From Mycoplasmatales bacterium (lineage in GTDB: Bacteria; Bacillota_I; Bacilli_A; Mycoplasmatales; JABAAY01): a DNA stretch of 64,000 nucleotides. The notes under the pieces are model-generated. The model was given only the letters and a program-made list of their open reading frames with translations, searched no databases and was not told the DNA's origin. Shown here piece by piece: positions 23,012 through 32,944 of this stretch. The stretch covers positions 1,692-65,691 of the forward strand of contig JABABL010000003.1 in NCBI GenBank assembly GCA_014238225.1, in the 5' to 3' direction. The position numbers and the translations under genes are program-made. Every line of letters starts with the position of its first letter. Position 1 is the stretch's first letter.

Positions 23012-23581
23012 GTGTTTTTAATTGTGGGACTAGGAAATCCAGAAGAAGGTTATGATTTCACACGTCATAACGCAGGATTTCGAGCAATAAATTCGCTCTG
23101 TCGAAATTTAGACATAACACTAGATAAAACAAAGGACAATATTGAATTCAAGGTGTTACAAAATGAGAAAACTATAATTGCCAAACCTAAAACTTATATG
23201 AACTTATCGGGTACTCCAATTCGTGCACTAGTCAATTTTTATAAAATTTCCCTAGATAAAATAATCTTGGTACACGATGATTTGGATATTTCTCTAGGTA
23301 CTTACAAATATAAAGAAGGCGGGGCTTCCGCGGGACATAACGGTGTCAACGATGTACAAGATAAACTACAGACTATTGCCATGAAACGAATTAAAATTGG
23401 AATTGGCAAATCCACACTGGAAAATGTTCCTTCAAGAGAATGAGTCTTAATGCCTTTTTTGCCAAATGAGTTGCCTTTTTTAGGCAAGTGCATAGGAGAT
23501 TTGACTAGAAAAATGACCTTTTTTATAAAAAGTTCTTCCAAAAAAACTGATGTCTTGTCTGCATCGTATTTTCTTCCATAA
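23012..23581 (+). CDS. pth: Peptidyl-tRNA hydrolase (189 aa), GTG start
   Basis: FLIVGLGNPEEGYDFTRHNAGF and GGASAGHNGV motifs. Extends through TGA 23441-23443 to TAA 23579-23581, overlapping the tilS ATG (TAATG). Confidence 0.9.
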
Positions 23582-24822
23582 TGATTAAGAATATTTTTAG
23601 TTTGGATAGTAAAGAAAAATACTTACTAGCGTGTAGTAACGGAGTTGATAGTACAGTTGCTTTGCATATTTTCTTGAATTTAGATTTCAAAATAATTGTG
23701 TGCCATGTGGATTACCAACAACGAAAAGAGTCATCACTAGAAATTAAAAACATTAGAAAAATTTGTAAGAGCAAGGATGTTCCAGTCGAGAACCTAGTTG
23801 TTTCTGAAAAACATTCAGGTAATTTTCAAACATGAGCAAGAAAGATCAGATTTCTTTTTTTTGAAGAAATGGCAAAAAAACACAATACTCAAAACATTAT
23901 CATTGCTCATCACGAAAATGATTATTTTGAAAGTTATTTAATAAAAAAGGAAAGGAACGTTGTGAATAAAAGCATTGCTTTGCCAATAAAATCGAAATAC
24001 AATAATTTAATAGTTTACAGACCTTTTTTAAAAGTTCCTAAAAATGAAATATTACAGTATGCAATTAAAAACAAACTTCCCTGAGTTGAAGATGAATCCA
24101 ATGCCTCCATTAAATATTTGCGAAACGACATTAGGAGAAAAATTTCAAAAAAAAATAAGAAGGAAATAGAAACCCTAAGGAGTCAAATAAAGCTGGAAAA
24201 CTCAAAAAGAGAGAGTACAAATATTAAAGAAAAAAAAATGCTAAACGAGTGTAGCGATAAAAATAACATGAATTACAAAACTTTTTCTCAGTATAACTTG
24301 TCCGATAAAGTCTCAATACTAAAATTGTTTTTGATAGGAAATGAATTAAGATTTTCAAATAAATTTATTTACAGTGCAATAAATCAATTTGAGGGTAGAA
24401 AATCAAATGTTTCGCTTCCTATTTGTAATAAATTTCTTGTGAAACAATATAACACAATCATGGTTAAGGGTTCCCAGTACATGAATTTTAGAAAAGTTAA
24501 ATTCGTTGTCTCTGCCATAGAAGACAATAAAAACATAATTTTTTCATCCAAACCCTTTAATGGTTCTTCATGATTTTATATGAATACAGAGGACTTTCCG
24601 CTAACCATAACTAATGAATATCAAGGTTTAAAAATTAGTTTGGAAAACAATCGTCATAAAAAAATAAGTAGGTTTTATATTGATAAAAAGATCTCCATAG
24701 AGGAAAGACATAAAAAATTCATAATTATTAGTAAAAATAATAAGATCATAGCGATAGACAAAATATACCACGAAAATAAAAATAAAAAAAATGAGAAAAT
24801 CTTTTATAAAATCGTATTATAA
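23581..24822 (+). CDS. tilS: tRNA(Ile)-lysidine synthetase (413 aa)
   Basis: PP-loop LLACSNGVDSTVALH. Four track ORFs are in one frame joined by TGA. The prs-pth-tilS order matches Firmicutes synteny. Confidence 0.85.
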
Positions 24823-24846
24823 TATTCGTAGAATGGAAGGTGGAAC

Positions 24847-25056
24847 ATGAGTTTCATAAAAGTAATAGACAGAAATAGAGAACGAGAAAGTATAAAGTAC
24901 ATAAGTGCTACACGCATTATCGATATTTCAGAACACAAAGGTAGTTGAAAAATAACTTATTTAGCTACAAATGATTTACGTTTGACAGGGTATCTTGGAG
25001 ATAACTGAGAAGACGAATTAAATACTGCTGGTAAAGTTTTAGACTTATCTAAATAA
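24847..25056 (+). CDS. Small hypothetical protein (69 aa)
   Basis: ATG 24847, two in-frame TGA, TAA 25054-25056. Sequence MSFIKVIDRNRERESIKYISATRIIDISEHKGSWKITYLATNDLRLTGYLGDNWEDELNTAGKVLDLSK. No recognisable family. Confidence 0.4.
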
Positions 25057-25063
25057 ATATCAT

Positions 25064-25495
25064 ATGCTTCGTTTTCCAGTATCTGTTTCATACAAGAGAA
25101 ACAATAACTGCCTTAATGAACATACAGTTTTAAAGTCAATAGTAGGAAACTCCGCTAGAATTCACAATCAAAAAATGGCTTTTTTGATTGATGAAAGTGA
25201 AAAAAACCTACAAAAATTTTGGATTGAGAAAAATAAACAATGTTCTTTAGTACACCCCAAGGGATTTAAAATTATTACCTGCGTAAAAAGGAAAAAATTT
25301 AAGTTCAAGGTGTTCAAGGGTTATCCTTCAAAATTAATTTTTAAGCGAGAAACTATATGTAAAAAATACATGTTTCTTGACAGCGAATGCAAATGCAGTT
25401 TTGCGGTTAATTTTATTGTTGCAAAACTAGAAGCAAATAGATATCTTAGAGATTATAAAATTTGAGAAAACATCTTACCAGCGCTTGTAAAGTAA
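25064..25495 (+). CDS. Hypothetical basic, Cys-containing protein (143 aa)
   Basis: Track ORF 25064..25465 extends through TGA to TAA 25493-25495. It has 6 Cys and many Lys (…KGFKIITCVKRKKFKFKVFKGYPSKLIFKRETICKKYMFLDSECKCSF…). No family recognised. Confidence 0.45.
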
Positions 25496-25545
25496 TTTGT
25501 GATTTTTTGGTTTAACTTTTTAATATAATAACAACAAGGAGAAAT

Positions 25546-26028
25546 ATGAATTTTGAATGTAAAGATAAAACACTAATTGGAAAGCCAATTGGCGTAGGAG
25601 AACAATTAGTTTTTAAAGCCGTTGACAAACACATGGAGGAATACCATTCTTCTGATATAAAAGAAGGATGAAAAATTATTTCAGTAGTTCCCAGCTTAGA
25701 TACAGGAGTTTGTTCAAAACAAACAAGAACTTTTAATAAGTTAGTTTCGCAAATTGAAAACACCAGAATTATTACAATTTCTTGTGATTTACCTTTTGCA
25801 CAAAGTAGATACTGTGGAGCCGAAGGAATAGACAAGATAGACATTGTTTCTGACTACAAGTATCATGAATTTGGTCATAAAACAAACCTACTTATTAAAT
25901 CTGCAATGCTTCTTACAAGAGCAGTATTGGTTTTAGATAAAAATAACATTGTTAAGTATATTGAAGTCTGTGAAGTCTTAGACAACGAGCCGGTTTACGA
26001 TGCAGTTTTAAAAGCTATCGAAAACTAA
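25546..26028 (+). CDS. tpx: Thiol peroxidase Tpx (160 aa)
   Basis: Not in the track as one ORF because of a TGA at 25669. AAGGAG RBS 8 nt upstream of ATG 25546. Active-site motif ISVVPSLDTGVCSKQTR. Track ORF 25512..25844(-) is its antisense shadow. Confidence 0.9.
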
Positions 26029-26076
26029 ACTTTATTTTTAATTACTAAATGTTGTAATTTGTTTTTAAGCGACAAA

Positions 26077-26880
26077 TTATTTGGATATTGTAATACCCAC
26101 AAAAGAAGAACCGCTGCCAGTTATAAAGAAAAGGTCATATTTTTTATTTTTATGAAGATGAAAGTATCGTTTTTGTAATTCGGGAAACAAAATGAACAAA
26201 ACTGTTTCTAGGGAATTGAACATTGAAGACAGCAATTCCGTGTAATTATTTGCTAACAAGGCTTTCTCGACATCATCAATTTTTGGATGTATGGTTTTTG
26301 ATAGGTCTAAGTGATTAAATATTTTTTTTGTTGATGATTGGTAATCAGGATTTAAGAAGACATCAATATTGAAGAAATTTTCAAATGAAAGAGGTGTAAC
26401 TTTTTCTCCCTGACCAGTTACTCTAGCAGCCCCCCTACACAGAAAATAGGGAACATCCGATCCAAGTTTTAACCCCAAGTCACTCAACGTCTCAATAGAA
26501 AGGTTGAGGTTTAATTGTTCATTAAGAAACAATAACGTTTCACCTGCATTGCTACTACCCCCACCCATTCCAGAACCGAGAGGAATTTCCTTTGTGATGT
26601 GGACGGTGATACCTTCTTTAAAATTAGTTTTTTTTCTTAACAATTCAATAGCCTTGTACACTAGGTTATCTTCTTGTTCAATTGATATATGTTGATTTTT
26701 GATTTTGTTTTCTAGATTTATTTTTGTGTTTCCAGATTTATGAATCTCAAATGAAAGAGTATCTCAGATTTTTTTGTAAGGCACCATTATTGTGTCTATT
26801 TCGTGATAATTATTAGTTTTTTTGCGGATAACGTTTAATGCTAGATTAACTTTTCCATAACTTTTTACTTCTTGTTTCAT
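26077..26880 (-). CDS. GHMP-family kinase, IspE (4-diphosphocytidyl-2-C-methylerythritol kinase)-like (267 aa)
   Basis: N-terminus MKQEVKSYGKVNLALNVIRKKTNNYHEIDTIMVP (IspE-type KINLxL..R.DGYH) plus GHMP ATP loop PLGSGMGGGSSNAG. ORF 26077..26661 extends upstream through one TGA to ATG 26880. Confidence 0.75.
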
Positions 26881-27107
26881 TTTTTTACTATACCATTATT
26901 CTCAATTCTGTTCTTCTAAATAAAATGAATTTTTAAACAAAAAGAAATATGTTCCTCAAAAGATTTATTTCATCACTGTGTAGTGATTCTGAACTAAACT
27001 GTTTGAATAGACAGGAGTTTTTAAATGTTTTGGTTTCGCAGCACTATAGTTACCGGTGAAAAGTGTAAGACCACATTAATAAGAACGGAAATAATAGTGA
27101 CTATAAT

Positions 27108-27483
27108 TTAATCAATCAAACTGTGTGTTAGTAATTGAGAGATAATGCTAGATCCTTCATCACAATAAATATTTTGAAAAGAACGCTCTTTGAGTTTGGC
27201 AACTAATTGTCTTAATGGACCAGAACACAGTTTAGAATTCCCAATACTACTGATTTCAGATTCCGAAGCAATATAAACTTTTTCATTCTTATGGGGCATT
27301 CGTACCCCATTTCTATAACTTTGTTGTAAATATTTTTCCTAACTATCACGGTATCAAGGAAGGAATCACAATCTTCAGAATTGTATTCCGAAAGATAACC
27401 GATTCCTTCCTCTTTATCCGTTATATAACCATCTAGTGTCATCGATATATATAAGCAACTAATTTACATTCTTTGTTTTTCAT
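27108..27483 (-). pseudogene. RibD_C / dihydrofolate-reductase-like domain protein disrupted by two frameshifts
   Basis: There are three frame segments. ATG 27483 gives MKNKECKLVAYIY, then a shift at the (TA)4 tract 27445-27453. Next comes ISMTLDGYITDKEE...IEMGYE, then a shift at the C4/G4 run 27293-27296. Last comes PHKNEKVYIASE...LLTHSLID*. Removing one TA and adding 1 nt would restore a protein of roughly 124 aa with the family pattern (..YI.MSLDGyI... WP..k..V.S). Confidence 0.6.
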
Positions 27484-27629
27484 AAATATGATTTTCCCGT
27501 CATAAATTTTTATTCTTCTCTATTTTTCCATTAGAGAGGAGAAGGGACATTGAAAAATAAAAATTTGTCTCTTTCCGGTTTGAATTATAATAGTAACAGT
27601 TACTAAAATAATAGTGAAAAGGAGTATTT

Positions 27630-29744
27630 ATGAAAAGAAGGACAAAAAGACTTACACAAGCAATCTTAGGAATTGGAGCATTAAGCACCGGTGCTGCAGT
27701 TACAACAGTTGCACAAGCTTGTAATTTAGATGATCTTATCGGAACAGTCGATAACGAAACTTTAGAATCAGCATTCGCAAACGTCTTAAACACAATGCAC
27801 AGTTACAACGGTTCCTTTTCTAACAATGATATATCGTGAAATGACCCAGTCAGTAAAATAATTCTTAATACAACAATGCAATCACTAACTTCATTCTTAT
27901 CCGATACCGTTGCGCAAAGAGATGTACACGTTGTAGACATTAAAGCATTTAGTTTCGACTATAGTATTGATACAGAAAACGAATTCACTGCGGAAATATC
28001 TAACATAAACGGTTCTGCACTATTAAGTGATGACAGAGTTGTATCAATTGTACCGGACGGTAATGCAAGCGTTTCAATACTTAACTTATCGCCAGAAAAT
28101 TATAGAAATGCTTCTATTCAATGGTCGGGAATAAAATTTGACATTGAAAACCCTCGTGATCCAAGTAACGGAGGAGACACTCCAATAAACCCAGTGGATC
28201 CCACGGATCCAGGAGAATTCGATAGTGCTAAAGATGTATTTTTTAATGCTGTTAGCGAATTAACAAATTATACTTCTGGAAAACAAATCAGCGATAATTC
28301 CAGAGCAATACTGAACTCCTTCGGGAATTACAGTTATAAATCGATAACTGAACTTAATTTTTCTTTTGTTATCAGAGAAGAAGTAAACGCCAAGGAAGCA
28401 GACACTTTTTATGCTGAAATTCTTGACTTTTCAGGAGTGGTTGTAACTTACAATAATCAATCTGTTAATGTGGTGTCCACTTCCACTGCTGGTATTGGTA
28501 TAGCTGGGTACAGTTCTAGTAATTTCTGAGGAGCTGGGTGATATGGAATTATTGAGGGTGGAGAAGCGCCAAACGATACTGCTCCACTACCTGAAAACCC
28601 CGCATTAGTCAACAACCCTTACAATCCTGCTAACGGCCAAATGCCAATCAGTGCAACAAAATGAGGCACTGGCTTTGCTCCATTTTACGATACCGCAGCT
28701 TGACAAAGTGAATGGGGATATAAGGACGCTTGAATGGGTCAAGGAATTACCAATCCACTAGCTTTTACTCAAGCGACAGGTTTGAAAAGTTTTACTACTG
28801 CCTTTATACAACAAGATGGACAAGTTAGTGACCGTATACACGGCTCATTGGCTGGTTTAGATAATGATCAAACTGAAGCAGGAATGGACTTTTTCGAAAA
28901 CGCAAAAGGATATATGGATTATATAAAAGAGAATGACGGACATATAACGCTATCGTTTGGTGGCGCTGGAGGAAGCCCTATTTGAACATTCGCTGCAGAA
29001 CACGGCTTTAGTCAAGCTGATTTAAACGCAGAAATGAATAGAATTATTGATTTATATGATGTGGATGCTTTAGATTTTGACATAGAAGGCGCACATGCTA
29101 ATCCAGAATTTCCAGGAGTTGAAGAAGGAATTAAAATGCTAGCAAATTCTCTTGTTGAAATAAGAAACAAAAAGCCAAACATGAAAATAAGTATGACGTT
29201 ACCTGTCCTTGGTCGTGGACCAAATGGAAACGACAAAGAAACATTATGAGTTACTGGACTACAAGCAGCTAACGGGTTAGGGTGAGTTGATGTATTTATG
29301 GATAAACTTGGGCCAACCTTTATCACTAATGCCATGAGCATGGATGGTGGAGACCTAGGTTTTGCTTACTATTCAAATATGGAAGATGGCGGTGCACAAT
29401 TTGTTATTGACAGTATTGCTGGAGATGGCAACGGAGATAATGGTGTTAAAAACCAAGTTAAAGCTTCCGCTGCAAAATATGGTTACACTCTTACTGAAGC
29501 TCAAGCTTGAGCATTAACAGGCGTAACACCTATGATTGGACAAAACGACACCTTACCTCAAAGACTTTATCCTGATGGATGAAGAAAAGTTGTTCAATTT
29601 GCTAAAGATAAAAATATGGGAATGCTTTCTTATTGAGCAGGGGAAAGGGACCACTACACTGGCAGCACCGGTCCATATAATAACATCGGTATTGAAGGAA
29701 CAAAGCCTTTCGAATACATGGCAATTGCTATGGGCATAGCATAG
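27630..29744 (+). CDS. Surface lipoprotein: two family-type N-terminal modules fused to a GH18 chitinase / endo-beta-N-acetylglucosaminidase-like catalytic domain (704 aa)
   Basis: AAAGGAG RBS; MKRRTKRLTQAILGIGALSTGAAVTTVAQAC-NLDD lipobox. Five track ORFs are in one frame joined by TGA. GH18 catalytic motif D-A-L-D-F-D-I-E at 29064-29087; also ITLSFGGAGG, GVTPMIGQND and LSYWAGERD. TAG stop at 29742-29744. Confidence 0.85.
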
Positions 29745-29793
29745 TATTTTAATTATTTAAACAACGTTTAAAAGAATTCCAATGAATTAATAT

Positions 29794-29822
29794 AAAAATA
29801 AACCTTTAAGAGGTTTATTTTT
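29794..29822. terminator. Bidirectional intrinsic-terminator-like hairpin between convergent lipoprotein genes
   Basis: aaaaataaacct-ttaag-aggtttattttt: a perfect 12-bp stem (AT-rich, 3 GC pairs) with a 5-nt loop. It is flanked by T-rich sequence on the + strand and A-rich sequence on the other side. It sits 50 nt after TAG 29744 and 5 nt from the stop of the 29827 gene. Confidence 0.55.
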
Positions 29823-29826
29823 ATAT

Positions 29827-31758
29827 TTAAGTGGTTATTACAGCTTGGCAACCCTGAACATCTCCAGGAGAAGAGGCATTACTACCACTAAATACAACTG
29901 TAATGCCGTTCATGGATGGACCTCGATCACCACTAAGGGTGTACGGATTAGATTGTCCACCATTTTCGGTAGCGTCACCCATGATATTAGGGAAAAGAAC
30001 TGTGTAGGACCCATTAGTTCGAGTGACATCAAAAATTGTAAGAGCATTATAGGATCAATCCAAAACAGTAATATTAACTCCGCCTGCAGGAGCCGCAACA
30101 AATCCCGCAGCAATTGCATTAGCAGCGGCCAGTATTCTTGGATTATCTAATATTGAACCAATATTAAACTCTCTTATACCACGATTATTCATGTCATCTA
30201 TAAGTCCCGAGAGAACAGTTGATTCTGGCATAAGCCTACCTAAGTTTGAAGACGCCAGTTCTACTTGAAAAATACCGCCGTTTTCAGTAATTCGTAATAT
30301 TATTTCTGCATTAATAACTCTAATGTCTCTACCATTTAAGGCTTGTCCAATGACCACAGAAGGGCCTCTTGCAGTTATAGCAACATTTCAGGTTGTTGCA
30401 TTCAGTTCTGTAATATCTGAAACAGAAGCAACATTAAATGCATTGTTTTCAATTCTACCAAAGGTGAAATTTTCTGAACCATTGTTTGTTGCAGTCCCTA
30501 ATCTTTCTATTATTAAAGTACTTAAGGGAGATGGACTACTGGTATTTGAAGTATAACCATTAAGACTGTTAACAGCGATAACTATCACACCTATTTCTGC
30601 TGATGTTTGATTTAGTCCAGTAACACCGTTGGGGGCAATTATCAGCATGCCAGTGCTACTATCAATTGTGATTGCAATATTAGCCATCCCACTAACATTA
30701 ACAAGATCTCCTGTTGCGGTTCCTGTTGCGTTCGTTCTAACAACAATTCCGGCTTGAGGATCGATGGAAATGTTTGACGATGTAATCATCGTAAAAGTTA
30801 ACGATTCCAGTGTTCCGTTTAGAACACTATTTATGGAAGCTAAAAAATCCATTCCCAGTTCTGTAGTAGGGTTTGAACCAGCCGCATAATTACTTAACTC
30901 ATTTATCCCATTAATGATGGTTTGCTCCACCGACACAGGTGAAGTTAAAGTAGTCGTTCCAACAGTGAATTGTCTGTTTGTTTCTGTAAGAGTAAACGAC
31001 ACATTATCAAAAGAAGTTGATATATCACCATTGGATGATGTTCCTAATATTCCCACATTTGAAATAGCAACAACATATCTGTTGTCGCCGGGTGTAATTG
31101 AACTAGTTGTAATGTTTGAAAAAACAAGGGAGTTTAATGTAAAACCAGTTGGTAAAGCAATCTCAATAGACGATAGAACGGCTTGAGCAATTATATTTGA
31201 AATTATTGTTTCACCTGTGTAAGTTGAAAGAACATTCACACCATTAACAATTGTTTCCTCGACATTATTAGCGGTTATCTGAGTAGCTGTTCCCGCCGAC
31301 AATGATCCATTGACAACATTAATCACAAGAGTCAAGGAACCAGTTATTGTATAAAAGTCATCCTGATTATCACTAAGAACCCCTGTTCCCATCAGAGGTA
31401 GATTAGACAATGTATAAGAAGCTCCACCAGTGTCTTGAGAAACGAGAGTAGATGTAGCCGCAATTGAACCAAGGGTTTCGACTGTAAATGTTGTACCAGA
31501 TGGGGAATTTAAAGGAAGTAAAGAAGTATTTAATGAACTCAACATTTCATTTGCTAGGGAATCAAGAACAGGAGATTGACCCATAGTAACATCATAATTA
31601 CTTAGTTGGTTAATGCTGTTTACAATACTTGTGATATCTTGCTGCACATTTCTTTGATCGGTTCCACCACATGTTTGAGCAATAGCTGCTATAGCTATGC
31701 CTCCAGCAACTGCCGAAGAGCCCAAAAGCGTGGTTATTTTTGTTTTATTCTTTTTCAT
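29827..31758 (-). CDS. Modular surface lipoprotein, family member (643 aa)
   Basis: MKKNKTKITTLLGSSAVAGGIAIAAIAQTC-GGTD. ORFs 30388..31758 and 30055..30357 plus the tail to TAA (29827-29829) are in one frame through TGA. Four modules open with IVNSINQLSNY, IVNGVNVLSTYTG, IINGINELSNYAAG and VIAVNSLNGYTSN. Confidence 0.8.
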
Positions 31759-31912
31759 TTTTTACCTAATTTCAAGACTATTCTATCAAATTACTTATGC
31801 GGATAATATTATATTGTGCTTCGGGAGGGGCAGAAACAATTCACTAAGGTAAGTTCCCAAATATTTGAAAGATAAAACACCATTTAGTTTTTTCTGTTGT
31901 TATAATTGGTTT

Positions 31913-32944
31913 ATGAATATAAAAACACTGTATGTTGTAGATACAAAAGACACAAATCCCTATACAAACTTAGCAATAGAGGAATATTTGGAGAAAACTT
32001 GCGTTAGCAAAACAAGCGTAATTCTAATGATTTGACAATCCAAAAAATCAGTTATTGTTGGGCATAGTCAGAATGTTATTACAGAAGTTGATGTTGTCAA
32101 GTGTCACAGGGACAATGTCAATATTGTACGCAGAAAAAGCGGAGGGGGAGCCGTTTACCAAGACGAAGGAAACTTAAATTTTTCCTTTATTTGATTTTGC
32201 GATAAATGCTCCATCGACAACACATATAACGTAGTTTTTGAAGCATTAAAAAACCTAGGATTGAGTACAGAAAAAATAAGTAAAAACGACATTTTGATCC
32301 ATCAAGGCGAAAGTGTTTTCAAAGTTTCTGGTAGTGCTTTCATTAGTAATTCTAAATTTTCATTGCATCACGGAACACTGCTTGTAGATTTGAACATTAA
32401 GGATGCTGAAAAGTACTTAACTCCTTCAGCTGAGAAATTAAGTTCAAAAGGGATAGACTCTATAAAACAAAGAATTACAAACATCAAAAATTTAATTCCT
32501 GACATTACAATAAAGAAAGTAAAAAAAGCTTTAATTAGTGCTGCAGAGACAGAATTTAAAGCGAAGGCAGAAGTTATTGAATCGCTAACGGAGACTAAAT
32601 TGCAGAAGATGCCTGAAGTCATGGAGTTAGAGAAACTTTACGAAAGCAAGGAATGGATTTATAGCAATCAAACATTGTTCCCGTTTAAAGAAACACACGT
32701 TTTTCCATGAGGAGAAGTAGAGATGAAGGTAATTATCGACAATAATTTTTTATCCAATGTTGGAATCACGGCAAATGTTAAAGATAAAGAATGAATTAGT
32801 AGAATATGTGCATTTATTCACAACAAAAAAACAAGACCTTCCGAATGACAAAAAATCATGTCTGAACTAGCCCAGGAACACCCCAAATATAAGAGAGAAT
32901 TTCTTGACGTAGGTAAGGTTTTCTTAAAGCCCTTTATTTTTTAA
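31913..32944 (+). CDS. lplA: Lipoate-protein ligase A (343 aa)
   Basis: MNIKTLYVVDTKDTNPYTNLAIEEYL... and RRKSGGGAVYQDEGNLNFSFI (compare E. coli RRSSGGGAVFHDLGN). In frame through several TGA. The 3' end overlaps lpd by 11 nt. Confidence 0.9.

Noticed and set aside
25064-25495. The basic Cys-rich ORF as a transposase or IS remnant
   Set aside because: There are no DDE or zinc-ribbon pattern I can align, no flanking inverted repeats or target duplications, and no other mobile-element genes nearby. It is kept as hypothetical.
25512-25844. Track ORF 25512..25844(-), 110 aa
   Set aside because: It is the antisense shadow of tpx (25546..26028, +), which has an RBS and the thiol-peroxidase active-site motif.
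26058-26080. Hairpin aatttgt-N9-acaaatt between tpx and the ispE-like gene as a terminator
   Set aside because: It is a 7-bp all-A/T stem that partly overlaps the stop region of the 26077 gene. It is too weak to call.
29536-30150. Track ORFs 29536..29739(+), 29845..30150(+) and 29910..30119(-)
   Set aside because: These are out-of-frame or antisense shadows of the GH18 gene's 3' end and of the 29827..31758 lipoprotein gene. The true frames continue through TGA codons.
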